A stretch of 64,000 nt of DNA. Source: an uncultured delta proteobacterium (GTDB lineage: Bacteria; Desulfobacterota; Desulfobacteria; Desulfobacterales; B30-G6). Each line of letters starts with the position of its first letter. The stretch's first letter is position 1. The notes under the pieces were generated by a model that was given only the letters and a program-made list of their open reading frames with translations, searched no databases and had not been told where the DNA came from. Positions 1 to 9,222 of the stretch are shown one piece after another. The DNA lies in the NCBI GenBank assembly GCA_963823335.1, contig CAWGLD010000001.1:384001-448000 (forward strand). Reading direction: 5' to 3'. A program made the translations under genes and the position numbers.

Positions 1-585
1 AGGTTCGTGGACCTGAAGACCCTGGGAGCCCCTTTCCACCAGAAAAACGGCTAGCTGCTCCTGCATTTTACCGACCACGGCGATCCAGTTTGCAGCCGGA
101 CCGTTTACCACGAAGTTTTTAACGCCCGAAACCTGGATGTTGTGGCCCTTTTCGACTCCCTCGGTTTCCAGAGGATCGTTGTGAACATTCATGGCGGCCT
201 CGGACAGTGCCACGGCCCCCAGAATTTCGCCGGCTTCCAGCAATGGAAGTAGTTGTGTTTTCTGTTCCCGGGTGCCCCACACGCGAATGATTCTGCCGAA
301 CATACGTGTGCTCATCTCCACCGCCAGATACAGGGACTGTGACGCAGCAGCCAGAACCTCCATACAGGCCATGAGGTTGAGGGATCCGCCCTGAGCGGCA
401 GCTGAATTTTCCAACCCCAGGTTCAGATATCCATTACCGGCCAGAAGCCGCAGGCACTTGCGCACAACTTCCCCGTTAATACCGGAATCCCCCTCGCCCA
501 GACTCTCCTGCGCAATAAACCCTGCCAAGGTGCTTTCAAGCTCGAGATGGAAATTCCGTTCTTCTTCACTAAAATCAAAATTCAT
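1..585 (-). CDS. acyl-CoA dehydrogenase family protein, N-terminal part (runs off left edge)
   Basis: Manual translation from ATG 585: MNFDFSEEE...QKTQLLPLLEAGEILGAVALSE...VSGVKNFVVNGP; open to window edge; follows another ACAD gene. Confidence 0.75.
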   Translation of the reverse strand, partial: MNFDFSEEERNFHLELESTLAGFIAQESLGEGDSGINGEVVRKCLRLLAGNGYLNLGLENSAAAQGGSLNLMACMEVLAAASQSLYLAVEMSTRMFGRIIRVWGTREQKTQLLPLLEAGEILGAVALSEAAMNVHNDPLETEGVEKGHNIQVSGVKNFVVNGPAANWIAVVGKMQEQLAVFLVERGSQGLQVHEP

Positions 586-694
586 GCTGGTTCTCTTTTC
601 CCCACCCTGAGGTTCGCCTTTACTGATTCCTGAAACAGCCTCATGATTATAGCGGCAACGCCGCGTCATAAAAGAAATCGTGTAGCGATTTCTT

Positions 695-1837
695 TTACAT
701 CAACTTCGAAATAATTTTCTTCTGTATCTCTGATGTCCCGCCTCCGATAGGCGCCAATCGACTGTCCCTGAAAACGCGCTCCACGTCAAACTCGTGGGTA
801 AACCCATATCCGCCATGCAGCACCACGGCATCATTGGTAGGGCCCAGGCTGTAGTCACCAATGTAGAGTTTCGCAACCGCCGCTTCAAGATGATTCAAGG
901 GACGCCCCTGATCTTTGTACCAGGCCACCCTGTAAACAAGCGCCCTGGCGGCCTCTCCGAAAATTCTGATATCGGCCAGCTTGTGCTTGATTGCTTGAAA
1001 GTGACCGATAGGTCTGTTGAACTGCACGCGACCTCTGGCATATTGGGCGCATTTTTTCAGTAGATACGTTGCCGTTCCCACAAAGGGTGCCAGAAGTGCG
1101 CTACGATCCCACTCCACGGTCTGCATGGCCATGAGAAATCCATCACCCTCCTTTCCAAGAAGGTTCTCTGCTGGAATTTCACAGTCGACAAAAACCAGTT
1201 CGGAAGTTTGAGAAGAACGAACCCCCATCTTGACAAAAGGCCTGCCAGCCGTAAAACCGCAGGTCCCCTTATCGACGATAAAGGCCGAAATACCGGCGTG
1301 CTGGAGTTCCGGATCGGTTTTGGCGTAAACAACCGCTACATCAGCGATAGGGCCGTTGGTTATCCACATCTTGGTGCCATTGAGGATATACCGATCCCCT
1401 TTCTTGATGGCGGTGGTTGTCATGGACGCCACATCAGATCCTGCATCCGGTTCTGAAAGCGCCATACATCCGATGATTTCACCCCTGGCCAGTTTTGGAA
1501 GATAGTGGCGTTTCTGCTCTTCAGATGCGTGGCGCAGGATGTTGTCTGCACAGAGAAACGAATGCGCCCCGTACGAGAGCGTAAGACCGCCATCTACACC
1601 CGCTTCCCCCAGGGCTTCACCGGCAATCACCGTGGTTATTACATCTGCGCCTTCCCCACCATATTTCTCTGGAAAATGAAGCCCCAGGATACCGAATTCT
1701 CCCAGCTTACGAAAAGCGTCGAAATTGAAAGCCTCTTTCAGATCGTATTCCCGGACTTGGGGCACGATTTCTTTTTTGGCAAATTGAACGACCTCTTTCT
1801 TAAACATGAGCTGCTCTCTGCTCAATGCAAAATCCAT
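695..1837 (-). CDS. acyl-CoA dehydrogenase
   Basis: GCMALSEPDAGSD, NGTKMWITNG, RVQFNRPIGHFQAI, HGGYGF, IGGGTSEIQ motifs. Confidence 0.93.
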   Translation of the reverse strand: MDFALSREQLMFKKEVVQFAKKEIVPQVREYDLKEAFNFDAFRKLGEFGILGLHFPEKYGGEGADVITTVIAGEALGEAGVDGGLTLSYGAHSFLCADNILRHASEEQKRHYLPKLARGEIIGCMALSEPDAGSDVASMTTTAIKKGDRYILNGTKMWITNGPIADVAVVYAKTDPELQHAGISAFIVDKGTCGFTAGRPFVKMGVRSSQTSELVFVDCEIPAENLLGKEGDGFLMAMQTVEWDRSALLAPFVGTATYLLKKCAQYARGRVQFNRPIGHFQAIKHKLADIRIFGEAARALVYRVAWYKDQGRPLNHLEAAVAKLYIGDYSLGPTNDAVVLHGGYGFTHEFDVERVFRDSRLAPIGGGTSEIQKKIISKLM

Positions 1838-1873
1838 GCTTCCCCCGAACGCATATCAATATACGATTATATT

Positions 1874-1903
1874 TTTGAATTTGATTCAAAATTCGAATCA
1901 AAT
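1874..1903. promoter_or_regulatory. two overlapping palindromes between divergent ACAD and thiolase genes (candidate operator)
   Basis: TTTGAAT-ttg-ATTCAAA (1874-1890) and ATTTGATTC-n7-GAATCAAAT (1879-1903). Confidence 0.45.
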
Positions 1904-2113
1904 ATAAATTATCCGCGATTGAAAAGTCAAGCACCAATAAATTCGTGCAACGAATTTATTGGACGCGGCGTTGTCGCTACTAGGATGACGGCACAACAAT
2001 CGAATTTGAAGCCTTTGTATTTGCTATCCAATTGAGAGTATGCTTAATATTTTCTTTATCCATGTCGTTACTTCTATAACATCTCAAAATAGCAATCCAG
2101 AAAGGACGTAATC

Positions 2114-3364
2114 ATGAAAGACGTTGTTATTGCATCGGCCTGCAGGACCGCCATCGGCGCCTTCGGCGGAACTTTGCGGGACACTATCGCCGCGGAAATT
2201 GCCAGGGTTACCATGCAGGAGGCCATAGACCGGGCCGGCATCGATCCTGCGACCATCGATGATGTTCGTTACGGCTGCTGTCTTGAGCCCGTGGACACAT
2301 TGAATGTCGCCAGAACAGCTGCCCTGCTGGCAGGCATACCCGACACCGTTCCGGCCGTAACCATCAACCGTGTGTGTATTTCGAGTATGGAAGCAACCAT
2401 CTCCGGAATGGCCATGATACAGGCTGGTATGGCTGATATCATTCTTTCCGGCGGAGTGGAGCACATGTCCGGAGTCCCCTATGTAGTGCCGGCCGCCCGT
2501 TGGGGATGCCGTCTTCAGGATCAGGTCTTCGTAGATGCCTTGATTCGGAGTCTTCATTGTGGCTCGCACGTGATACCCCATCCTGAAAACGGACCGGTGA
2601 ATGCAGAAGAACCCCCCTTAAGTTATTTCAAAGGTAAACCTTATATCATGGGTCATACAGCAGAGTTTGTGGCCCAGCAGTATGGCATCACCCGGGAAGA
2701 GATGGATGAAGTGGCACTCAGGAGCCATAACAACGTAGAGCGTGCAACCCGGGAGGGTTTGTTCAAGGAAGAAATCGTGCCCATGTCAATTCCCCAACGA
2801 AAAAAAGAACCCATCGTGTTTGATAAGGATGAACACTTCAGACCCGGAATGACCATGCAACAACTTCAAAAACTGCCACCTGCATTTATCCCCAAAACCG
2901 GCAAGGTTACAGCGGGAAACGCGAGCGGTATCAATGACGGGTCGGCCGGGATGGTGATCATGTCCGCTGAAAAAGCTGCCGTCCTCAATATAAAACCCCT
3001 GGCAAAAATCAAGGCTGTGGGAAAAGGAGGATGCCACCCCTCGGTAATGGGCATGTCGCCTGTTCCGGCTGTTCGGGACCTGATGACACGCAGTGGGTTG
3101 AAAATTGAGGATTTCGAACTCGTTGAGGTAAACGAAGCCTTTGCCGCCCAGTATATCGGTTGTGAAAGAGAGCTGGGACTGGACCGGGACAGAACCAATG
3201 TCAACGGATCGGGAATCGGTCTTGGACACCCGGTCGGTGCCACCGGCGCCCGTATCATCGTCTCCCTGATCTACGCCATGAAACAACACAGAAAAACACT
3301 GGGACTGGCCACCCTCTGCGGTGGCGGGGGTGTGTCCATGGCGTGTGCCATTGAGATGGTTTAA
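2114..3364 (+). CDS. acetyl-CoA C-acetyltransferase (thiolase)
   Basis: NRVC catalytic Cys, NEAFA, GHPVGATG, LCGGGG motifs. Confidence 0.94.
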   Translation: MKDVVIASACRTAIGAFGGTLRDTIAAEIARVTMQEAIDRAGIDPATIDDVRYGCCLEPVDTLNVARTAALLAGIPDTVPAVTINRVCISSMEATISGMAMIQAGMADIILSGGVEHMSGVPYVVPAARWGCRLQDQVFVDALIRSLHCGSHVIPHPENGPVNAEEPPLSYFKGKPYIMGHTAEFVAQQYGITREEMDEVALRSHNNVERATREGLFKEEIVPMSIPQRKKEPIVFDKDEHFRPGMTMQQLQKLPPAFIPKTGKVTAGNASGINDGSAGMVIMSAEKAAVLNIKPLAKIKAVGKGGCHPSVMGMSPVPAVRDLMTRSGLKIEDFELVEVNEAFAAQYIGCERELGLDRDRTNVNGSGIGLGHPVGATGARIIVSLIYAMKQHRKTLGLATLCGGGGVSMACAIEMV

Positions 3365-3369
3365 ACGGA

Positions 3370-3850
3370 GGGTCTGAGGGTTGGAGGGGGATACAAGGGT
3401 TGGAGGGTTGCTGATAGCGATGAGCCGGTGCAGCATCTAAACTTTCCAGCATCATAGCATCTCAGGTATTAAAAGGATTGAAAAGTGAATATCGAATAAT
3501 GAACAAGGAACCGCAGAATAATAAAGGATACACTTCAACATTCGATATTTCTTGTTCGATATTCTCCGGTTCAAAAACATGTCTACTGGCATAAAAAAGT
3601 TTCAGGCTATCTACCGAATTCTGTGAGTAACTCAATAAACACAACGAACTCAAAAAACACTATAAACATGTTTGCAGGGTCCCGGGGTAATACAGGGGGT
3701 GGGGGGAAAAACAAAGTGTTACGTGTTAGGTAAACCCCAAGCTATTAGCTAATAGCGGCAATGAATTACGCCCGAAGGGCTAATGACCATCAATGACACG
3801 CAAAGCGCTAACGTCATATGCAGTGCAAATGTCGTGCGTAGCCTAAATGA
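3370..3850. repeat. composite intergenic repeat: G-tract motif, inverted short-mer arrays, mini-hairpin array
   Basis: GGG-tract motif 3370-3407 (also at 11402); GAATATCGAA...TTCGATATTC inverted pair ~3488-3564; AATKAC/AATGTC-spaced hairpins 3764-3850. Confidence 0.65.
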
Positions 3851-4074
3851 ATGAAAGGAACCAGCGGCCGTCAACCGTCAGGTTGTCCAACTTGACTTAT
3901 CATTATATCAAATGCGTATATTTTAATTGATTCATGGTTTTTTCCATCTTTTATTGACATTTTCATCAATCTGGGTCAATAGTTCACCCGTCGGGAATTG
4001 AAGACATCTCGCAACTCTGACAAACACCATAAGCGAAAACGTCGCGTTCTATAAAATCGTCAACCGATTTTATC

Positions 4075-4518
4075 ATGAAAATAGATACCACCACCATCGA
4101 TATTATCAAACATCTCCAGGACGGTCGTAAATCTCTGAAGAAAATCGCGGACAATCTATCTATTTCCGAGAATACCGTCAGATCGAGGGTCAACCAGCTG
4201 AAAAAAGAGGGTGTCCTGTCCATATCCGGTCTGGTGCGTCCGGAAGCGATCCCCGGCCATTATTCGGTGATGGTGGGTGTCAAGCTGTCAACCATGCATC
4301 TTGTTAAAAAAGGTAAAGAATTCAGTAAGCTGAAAGGCGTCGTTTCCGTAAGCGTCGTAACCGGACGTTTTGACTTGATCCTGATTGTATTGCTCAAAGA
4401 AGGCTATGGCCTGCTTGAATTTTATACCGAACAGGTTGCCCGGATCAACGACGTCCAGTCGGTTGAAACATTCGTGGTCTATAAAAGCTATGGTTTGAAG
4501 CTGCCCTATATTCTTTAG
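4075..4518 (+). CDS. Lrp/AsnC family transcriptional regulator
   Basis: LQDGRKSLKKIADNLSISENTVRSRVNQL HTH; VTGRFDL RAM-domain motif. Confidence 0.92.
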   Translation: MKIDTTTIDIIKHLQDGRKSLKKIADNLSISENTVRSRVNQLKKEGVLSISGLVRPEAIPGHYSVMVGVKLSTMHLVKKGKEFSKLKGVVSVSVVTGRFDLILIVLLKEGYGLLEFYTEQVARINDVQSVETFVVYKSYGLKLPYIL

Positions 4519-4546
4519 GCAGCGATAAAGACAAAGGAGCCGACCC

Positions 4547-7195
4547 ATGAAAAATCTCTCTAAAACAGTTTTGCATGATCAGCATGTCGGCCTGGGTGCC
4601 CAGATGGTTGAATTCGGGGGCTGGGTCATGCCCATTCAGTATCCACAGGGTATCGTCCGTGAACACCTTGTCACAAGACAACATGCCGGCCTTTTTGACG
4701 TGTCGCACATGGGCCGATTCACCCTTCGGGGACAGGATGCACTGCCATTTTTACAACATGTCCTTTCCAACAATGCCGCCGGGCTCGATGAAGGAGAGAG
4801 TCAGTACACATTGATTCCCAATGACAGCGGCGGTGCTATCGACGATGCCTATCTCTACCGCTTTCATGCCCATGAATATCTGCTGGTGGTCAATGCCAGC
4901 AACCGCCTAAAAGACTGGGATCACTTTCAGTCATGTCTGCCCGATTTCAAAAATGTCACCCTGGAAGACAAGACCGAGGACATCTCCATGCTGAGTCTGC
5001 AGGGGCCGGCATCCAAAGACATTCTCCAGAAAACAATCGACACCGGGGTGCTTCCGGAACCCATGCGCAACCATCTCAGCATCGCCACCATACAAGGCAA
5101 AAAGGCGCTTATTGCGCGCACGGGATACACCGGAGAACCCCTCTGTTTTGAGCTGTTCATCGCCAGCGCCGACACGCCCGCTATCTGGGATCTACTGATC
5201 AAACAGGGTGCCCACCCTGTCGGACTGGGCGCACGGGACACCCTCAGGCTCGAGGCAGGTCTTCCCCTGTACGGACATGAACTGGGAATGGACCCGGACA
5301 ACAGGGAAATTCCGATCTACGCGTCACCCTTGTCACGGTTTGCGGTGAGTCTGTCACCTTTAAAAAAAGAGTTCATCGGTCGAAATGCCCTTGAAAAACA
5401 ATTTCGAGCGTTTAAAAAAATTGCCGATCAAGACTATACCCTCATTCATGACCTCCCCCGCTGCATCATGCCGGTTGCCTTGAAAAAGAAAAGTGTGGCT
5501 CGCGCCGGATACAAAGTGTTTCAGCAAGATCGTCATGTCGGGTATGTCACCAGCGGTACCATGATTCCGCGCTGGGAGATCGAGGGGCAGGGAATCTTCT
5601 CCAAATTGACCGAAAACCACGATCTGAGAGGAATCTGTCTGGCACTGGTGGACAGCACACTGGTGGCGGGCGACGACATCGAGATCGAAATCCGGACAAA
5701 ACAGGTTCCCGCGATTATCGTTCCCTTTCATATGCGAAGCGAGGCACCGCCTTTTGCCAGGTCTATTCCCTGGGACAGGATCGGGCAGGAAAAAAAATCG
5801 TCATCAAAAGAGGACCTTTCCAAAAACGTCCAATCCCTGCTCATAAAATCGATTCAAAACACAGAGTGGCGCCAAAAGGAGTGTATCAATCTTATCCCCT
5901 CCGAACAGACCCAGTCCGAGCTCGTACGCTTGCTTTCCATCATGGACCCCTGCGGACGGTATGCCGAGCACAAACAGGTGGGTGCCTTCAGTGAAGCCGA
6001 GGTTTTTTATTACCAGGGAACCGATTTCATTGCTGAGGTCGAGGCACAACTCGAAACAGAGTTAAAAAAGTTCTTTGGCTGTCAGCAGGTCGAGACCCGG
6101 CTGGTTTCGGGCCAGATGGCCAATATGGCGCTCTTCAGTGCCCTGGTTGACTATATCAATCGAACCGACCGCAAAAATGAGCAAAGACGACTCAGGAAGG
6201 TGATGAACAACCACATCATCAAGGGCGGCCATCTGAGTGCCCAGCCCATGGGCGCGTTGAGAGACTTTGTGGCCCGGGATCCCCTGTCTGAAAAACCGGC
6301 GGTGGTAAATTTTCCGGTCCTACCGGAAAACCCCTATAAAATTGACCTGAATGCCTGTGAGACTCTCATCCAGAAACATGCGCCGGAACTGATTATTTTT
6401 GGTAAAAGCATGGTCCTCCACAGGGAGCCTGTGGCAGAAGTTCGTCGGATCGTCGACAACCTGGGTCTGGATTCGATCATCATGTACGATATGGCTCATG
6501 TTCTGGGCCTGGTGGGCCCCCACTTTCAAGAGCCCTTTAAAGAGGGTGCGGATTTCATTACAGGATCCACCCATAAAACTTTTTTCGGAACCCAGCGGGG
6601 TATCATCGGCACGGATATCAAAGATGAAGACCCCCGATTCGAGCTGTGGGAAGCCGTCAAACGCCGGGCATTCCCCGGAAGTGTCAGCAACCATCACCTG
6701 GGAACACTTTTGGGGCTCCTGATGGCGGCATACGAAATGAACCACTTCAAGAATGCATACCCCAGAAAAGTGCTCGATAACGCTCGCGCTTTCGCCAGGG
6801 CACTGGACGACTGCGGATTGAGCGTGGCTGGCGATCCTGAAATATCCTTTACAGAAACCCACCAGGTCATACTCAACGTCGGCTATGCAAAGGGACCTGA
6901 TATTGCCAGGAAACTGGAAGAAAACAACCTCATCGTCAATTATCAGGCAGCACCGGTGGAAGAAGGCTTTACAGCGTCCGGATCTCTTCGCATGGGTGTA
7001 CAGGAAATGACGCGTTTTGGTATGCAGGCCGCGGATTTCCAAGAACTGGCACAATTTTTCAAGGATGTTCTGGTGGATAACCGCACCGTCAAGGAAGCCG
7101 TCATAGCGTTTAGAAAACGTTTCCTGGAGATGAAGTTCTGTTTTACAGCAGATCAGATCGGGGACTATATCCAGAAGTTGCACGAATCGCTATAA
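4547..7195 (+). CDS. gcvT-glyA: fused glycine cleavage aminomethyltransferase (GcvT) / serine hydroxymethyltransferase (GlyA)
   Basis: N-half: FGGWVMP, GLFDVSHMG, RTGYTGE, GLGARDTLRLEAG; C-half: INLIPSE, SGQMAN, GGHLS, DMAHVLGLV, GSTHKTFFG (PLP Lys); one uninterrupted 882-aa ORF. Confidence 0.92.
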   Translation: MKNLSKTVLHDQHVGLGAQMVEFGGWVMPIQYPQGIVREHLVTRQHAGLFDVSHMGRFTLRGQDALPFLQHVLSNNAAGLDEGESQYTLIPNDSGGAIDDAYLYRFHAHEYLLVVNASNRLKDWDHFQSCLPDFKNVTLEDKTEDISMLSLQGPASKDILQKTIDTGVLPEPMRNHLSIATIQGKKALIARTGYTGEPLCFELFIASADTPAIWDLLIKQGAHPVGLGARDTLRLEAGLPLYGHELGMDPDNREIPIYASPLSRFAVSLSPLKKEFIGRNALEKQFRAFKKIADQDYTLIHDLPRCIMPVALKKKSVARAGYKVFQQDRHVGYVTSGTMIPRWEIEGQGIFSKLTENHDLRGICLALVDSTLVAGDDIEIEIRTKQVPAIIVPFHMRSEAPPFARSIPWDRIGQEKKSSSKEDLSKNVQSLLIKSIQNTEWRQKECINLIPSEQTQSELVRLLSIMDPCGRYAEHKQVGAFSEAEVFYYQGTDFIAEVEAQLETELKKFFGCQQVETRLVSGQMANMALFSALVDYINRTDRKNEQRRLRKVMNNHIIKGGHLSAQPMGALRDFVARDPLSEKPAVVNFPVLPENPYKIDLNACETLIQKHAPELIIFGKSMVLHREPVAEVRRIVDNLGLDSIIMYDMAHVLGLVGPHFQEPFKEGADFITGSTHKTFFGTQRGIIGTDIKDEDPRFELWEAVKRRAFPGSVSNHHLGTLLGLLMAAYEMNHFKNAYPRKVLDNARAFARALDDCGLSVAGDPEISFTETHQVILNVGYAKGPDIARKLEENNLIVNYQAAPVEEGFTASGSLRMGVQEMTRFGMQAADFQELAQFFKDVLVDNRTVKEAVIAFRKRFLEMKFCFTADQIGDYIQKLHESL

Positions 7196-7435
7196 GCGAT
7201 AAGCATTAAGCTGTAAGCTGTTCTTGATAAGCCCTGTTAAATAGACGACAGACATGTAAGTTCCTTAACGTTAAGATTTGTGTTTTTGTGATAAAAAAAT
7301 AAAAGTACCCACGAAAACACGAAAATTCTTATGCTCTTTTTCGTGGTTTCGTATTTTCGTGGTTTCGTGATAAATAGTCTTTTTCCCTTCCGGTTTGTCC
7401 GGACAGGGCATTTAGCAACTAACAGCTTATTGCTA
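7196..7435. repeat. nested inverted short-mer arrays between gcvT-glyA and gcvH
   Basis: TAAGC-type heptamers facing AACAGCTTATTGC; inner CCACGAAAACACGAAA facing (TTTCGTG)n. Confidence 0.6.
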
Positions 7436-7484
7436 CCTAAAACCTAATTCCTAAAACCTAACACCATTTTTACAGGAGACTGTC

Positions 7485-7883
7485 ATGAAAGAATTGAGCG
7501 AGCTGAATTTTCCCGACGATATCATGTATACCGATGATCACGAATGGACAAAAATGGAAAAAGACGAAGCCGTCATCGGCATCAGTGACTATGCCCAGGA
7601 TCAGCTGGGAGACATCGTTTTTGTCGAATTACCCCAGGTTGGTGAGACCTTTGAAAAGGGTGCCGAGTTCGGCACGGTGGAATCCGTCAAAGCCGTATCT
7701 GAACTGTTCATGCCCGTGAGTGGTGAGATTGTTGCCGTCAATGACACACTGGAAGACACGCCGGAACTTGTCAATAACCAACCCTATACCGGGGGATGGA
7801 TGCTCCGGATCAAGCTCAGTGAAAAATCTGAATTGGACCAGCTGATGAATAAAAGCACTTACCTCGAATCATTGAAAGGGTAA
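7485..7883 (+). CDS. gcvH: glycine cleavage system H protein
   Basis: HEW, GISDYAQDQLGDIVFVELP, VESVKAV lipoyl-Lys. Confidence 0.97.
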   Translation: MKELSELNFPDDIMYTDDHEWTKMEKDEAVIGISDYAQDQLGDIVFVELPQVGETFEKGAEFGTVESVKAVSELFMPVSGEIVAVNDTLEDTPELVNNQPYTGGWMLRIKLSEKSELDQLMNKSTYLESLKG

Positions 7884-7887
7884 CAGC

Positions 7888-9222
7888 ATGAGATATTTAC
7901 CGCACACGCAGGAAGATATCGCCGATATGCTCAAAAAGATCGGTGCCGGCAGCCTGGATGATCTGTTCACGACCATTCCGGATGACTGCCGCAGAAAAAC
8001 GGACCTCGATTTGCCGGAAGCCATGACCGAGTGGGAACTGAACCGTCACATGAGCGGACTGGCTGCCCAGATGGCAGTCTGCCCGGATTACAAAGTATTC
8101 ATCGGTGCCGGTAGTTATGATCATTACATTCCGGAAGTGGTTCGACAACTTCTGAGCAGGTCAGAGTTTTACACGGCCTATACCCCTTATCAGCCGGAAA
8201 TGAGCCAGGGCACTCTTCAAGCCATTTATGAATACCAGACACTTACCACGCGTCTTTTAGGATTGGACGTGGCCAATGCCTCCATGTATGACGGCGCATC
8301 CTCCCTGGCGGAAGCGCTACTGATGTCCATCCGCATCAGCGGGCGTAAAAAAGTGGCCGTCTCCCGTCTCATCCATCCCCTGTATCGGCAAGTGGTTCGC
8401 ACATACTTCGCACCCACGGGGTTCGAAGTTATCGAGCTTCCTGTGCTGGACTCCGGTCAAACAGACATGACCGGTGTCACGGATATCGAGACATTTGCAG
8501 GCGTGGCCGTTCAATCACCCAACTATTTTGGGTGTATCGAAAACCTGGCCGCCCTCGGGGAACACGTTCACTCGGACAGCAAAACACTTTTTATCGTCTC
8601 TTTCACCGAACCCCTTGCCTATGGCATATTGAAGAGCCCGGGAAGCCTCGGTGCAGACATTGCATGTGGCGAGGGACAGGGTCTGGGCATCCCCAGATCT
8701 TTCGGTGGCCCCGGTCTTGGCATGTTTGCAGCAAAAAAGGCCTACACAAGAAATATGCCCGGCAGGCTCGTTGGCCAGACGCAGGATCTTGAAGGCAAGA
8801 GGGGTTTTGTCTTGACACTCTCCACCAGGGAGCAACATATTCGCCGTGAAAAAGCCACCTCGAACATCTGCTCCAATCAGGGTTTGTGTGCCACTGCCGC
8901 AGCCATGTATATGGCAACCCTGGGAGGCTCCGGTATTCGAAAACTGGCCGTATTGAATCACGATAAAGCCGCCTATCTACAAACTCAATTAGAAAAGGCA
9001 GGGTTTGAAATTCCTTTTGACACACCCGTATTCAACGAATTTGTCGTCAAGTTTCCGCCGGGATTCAAAAAGACCTATGCAAACCTGCTGGCCAAAAAAA
9101 TAGTAGCGGGTCTTTCGCTGGCATCGGATTATCCCGAGTTTCCCCATCACTATCTTTTATGTGCCACAGAAACCATGGACAAGGCAGATATGGACCTGCT
9201 GGTCAAGGAGGTGACATCATGA
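7888..9222 (+). CDS. gcvPA: glycine dehydrogenase (decarboxylating) subunit A
   Basis: YTAYTPYQPEMSQG, NASMYDG, TREQHIRREKATSNICSNQ. Confidence 0.96.
   Translation: MRYLPHTQEDIADMLKKIGAGSLDDLFTTIPDDCRRKTDLDLPEAMTEWELNRHMSGLAAQMAVCPDYKVFIGAGSYDHYIPEVVRQLLSRSEFYTAYTPYQPEMSQGTLQAIYEYQTLTTRLLGLDVANASMYDGASSLAEALLMSIRISGRKKVAVSRLIHPLYRQVVRTYFAPTGFEVIELPVLDSGQTDMTGVTDIETFAGVAVQSPNYFGCIENLAALGEHVHSDSKTLFIVSFTEPLAYGILKSPGSLGADIACGEGQGLGIPRSFGGPGLGMFAAKKAYTRNMPGRLVGQTQDLEGKRGFVLTLSTREQHIRREKATSNICSNQGLCATAAAMYMATLGGSGIRKLAVLNHDKAAYLQTQLEKAGFEIPFDTPVFNEFVVKFPPGFKKTYANLLAKKIVAGLSLASDYPEFPHHYLLCATETMDKADMDLLVKEVTS

Noticed and set aside
3851-4546. Glycine riboswitch upstream of the gcv operon
   Set aside because: No GGAGA...CCGAAG...CTCTCAGG aptamer pattern seen; only 28 nt between lrp and gcvT
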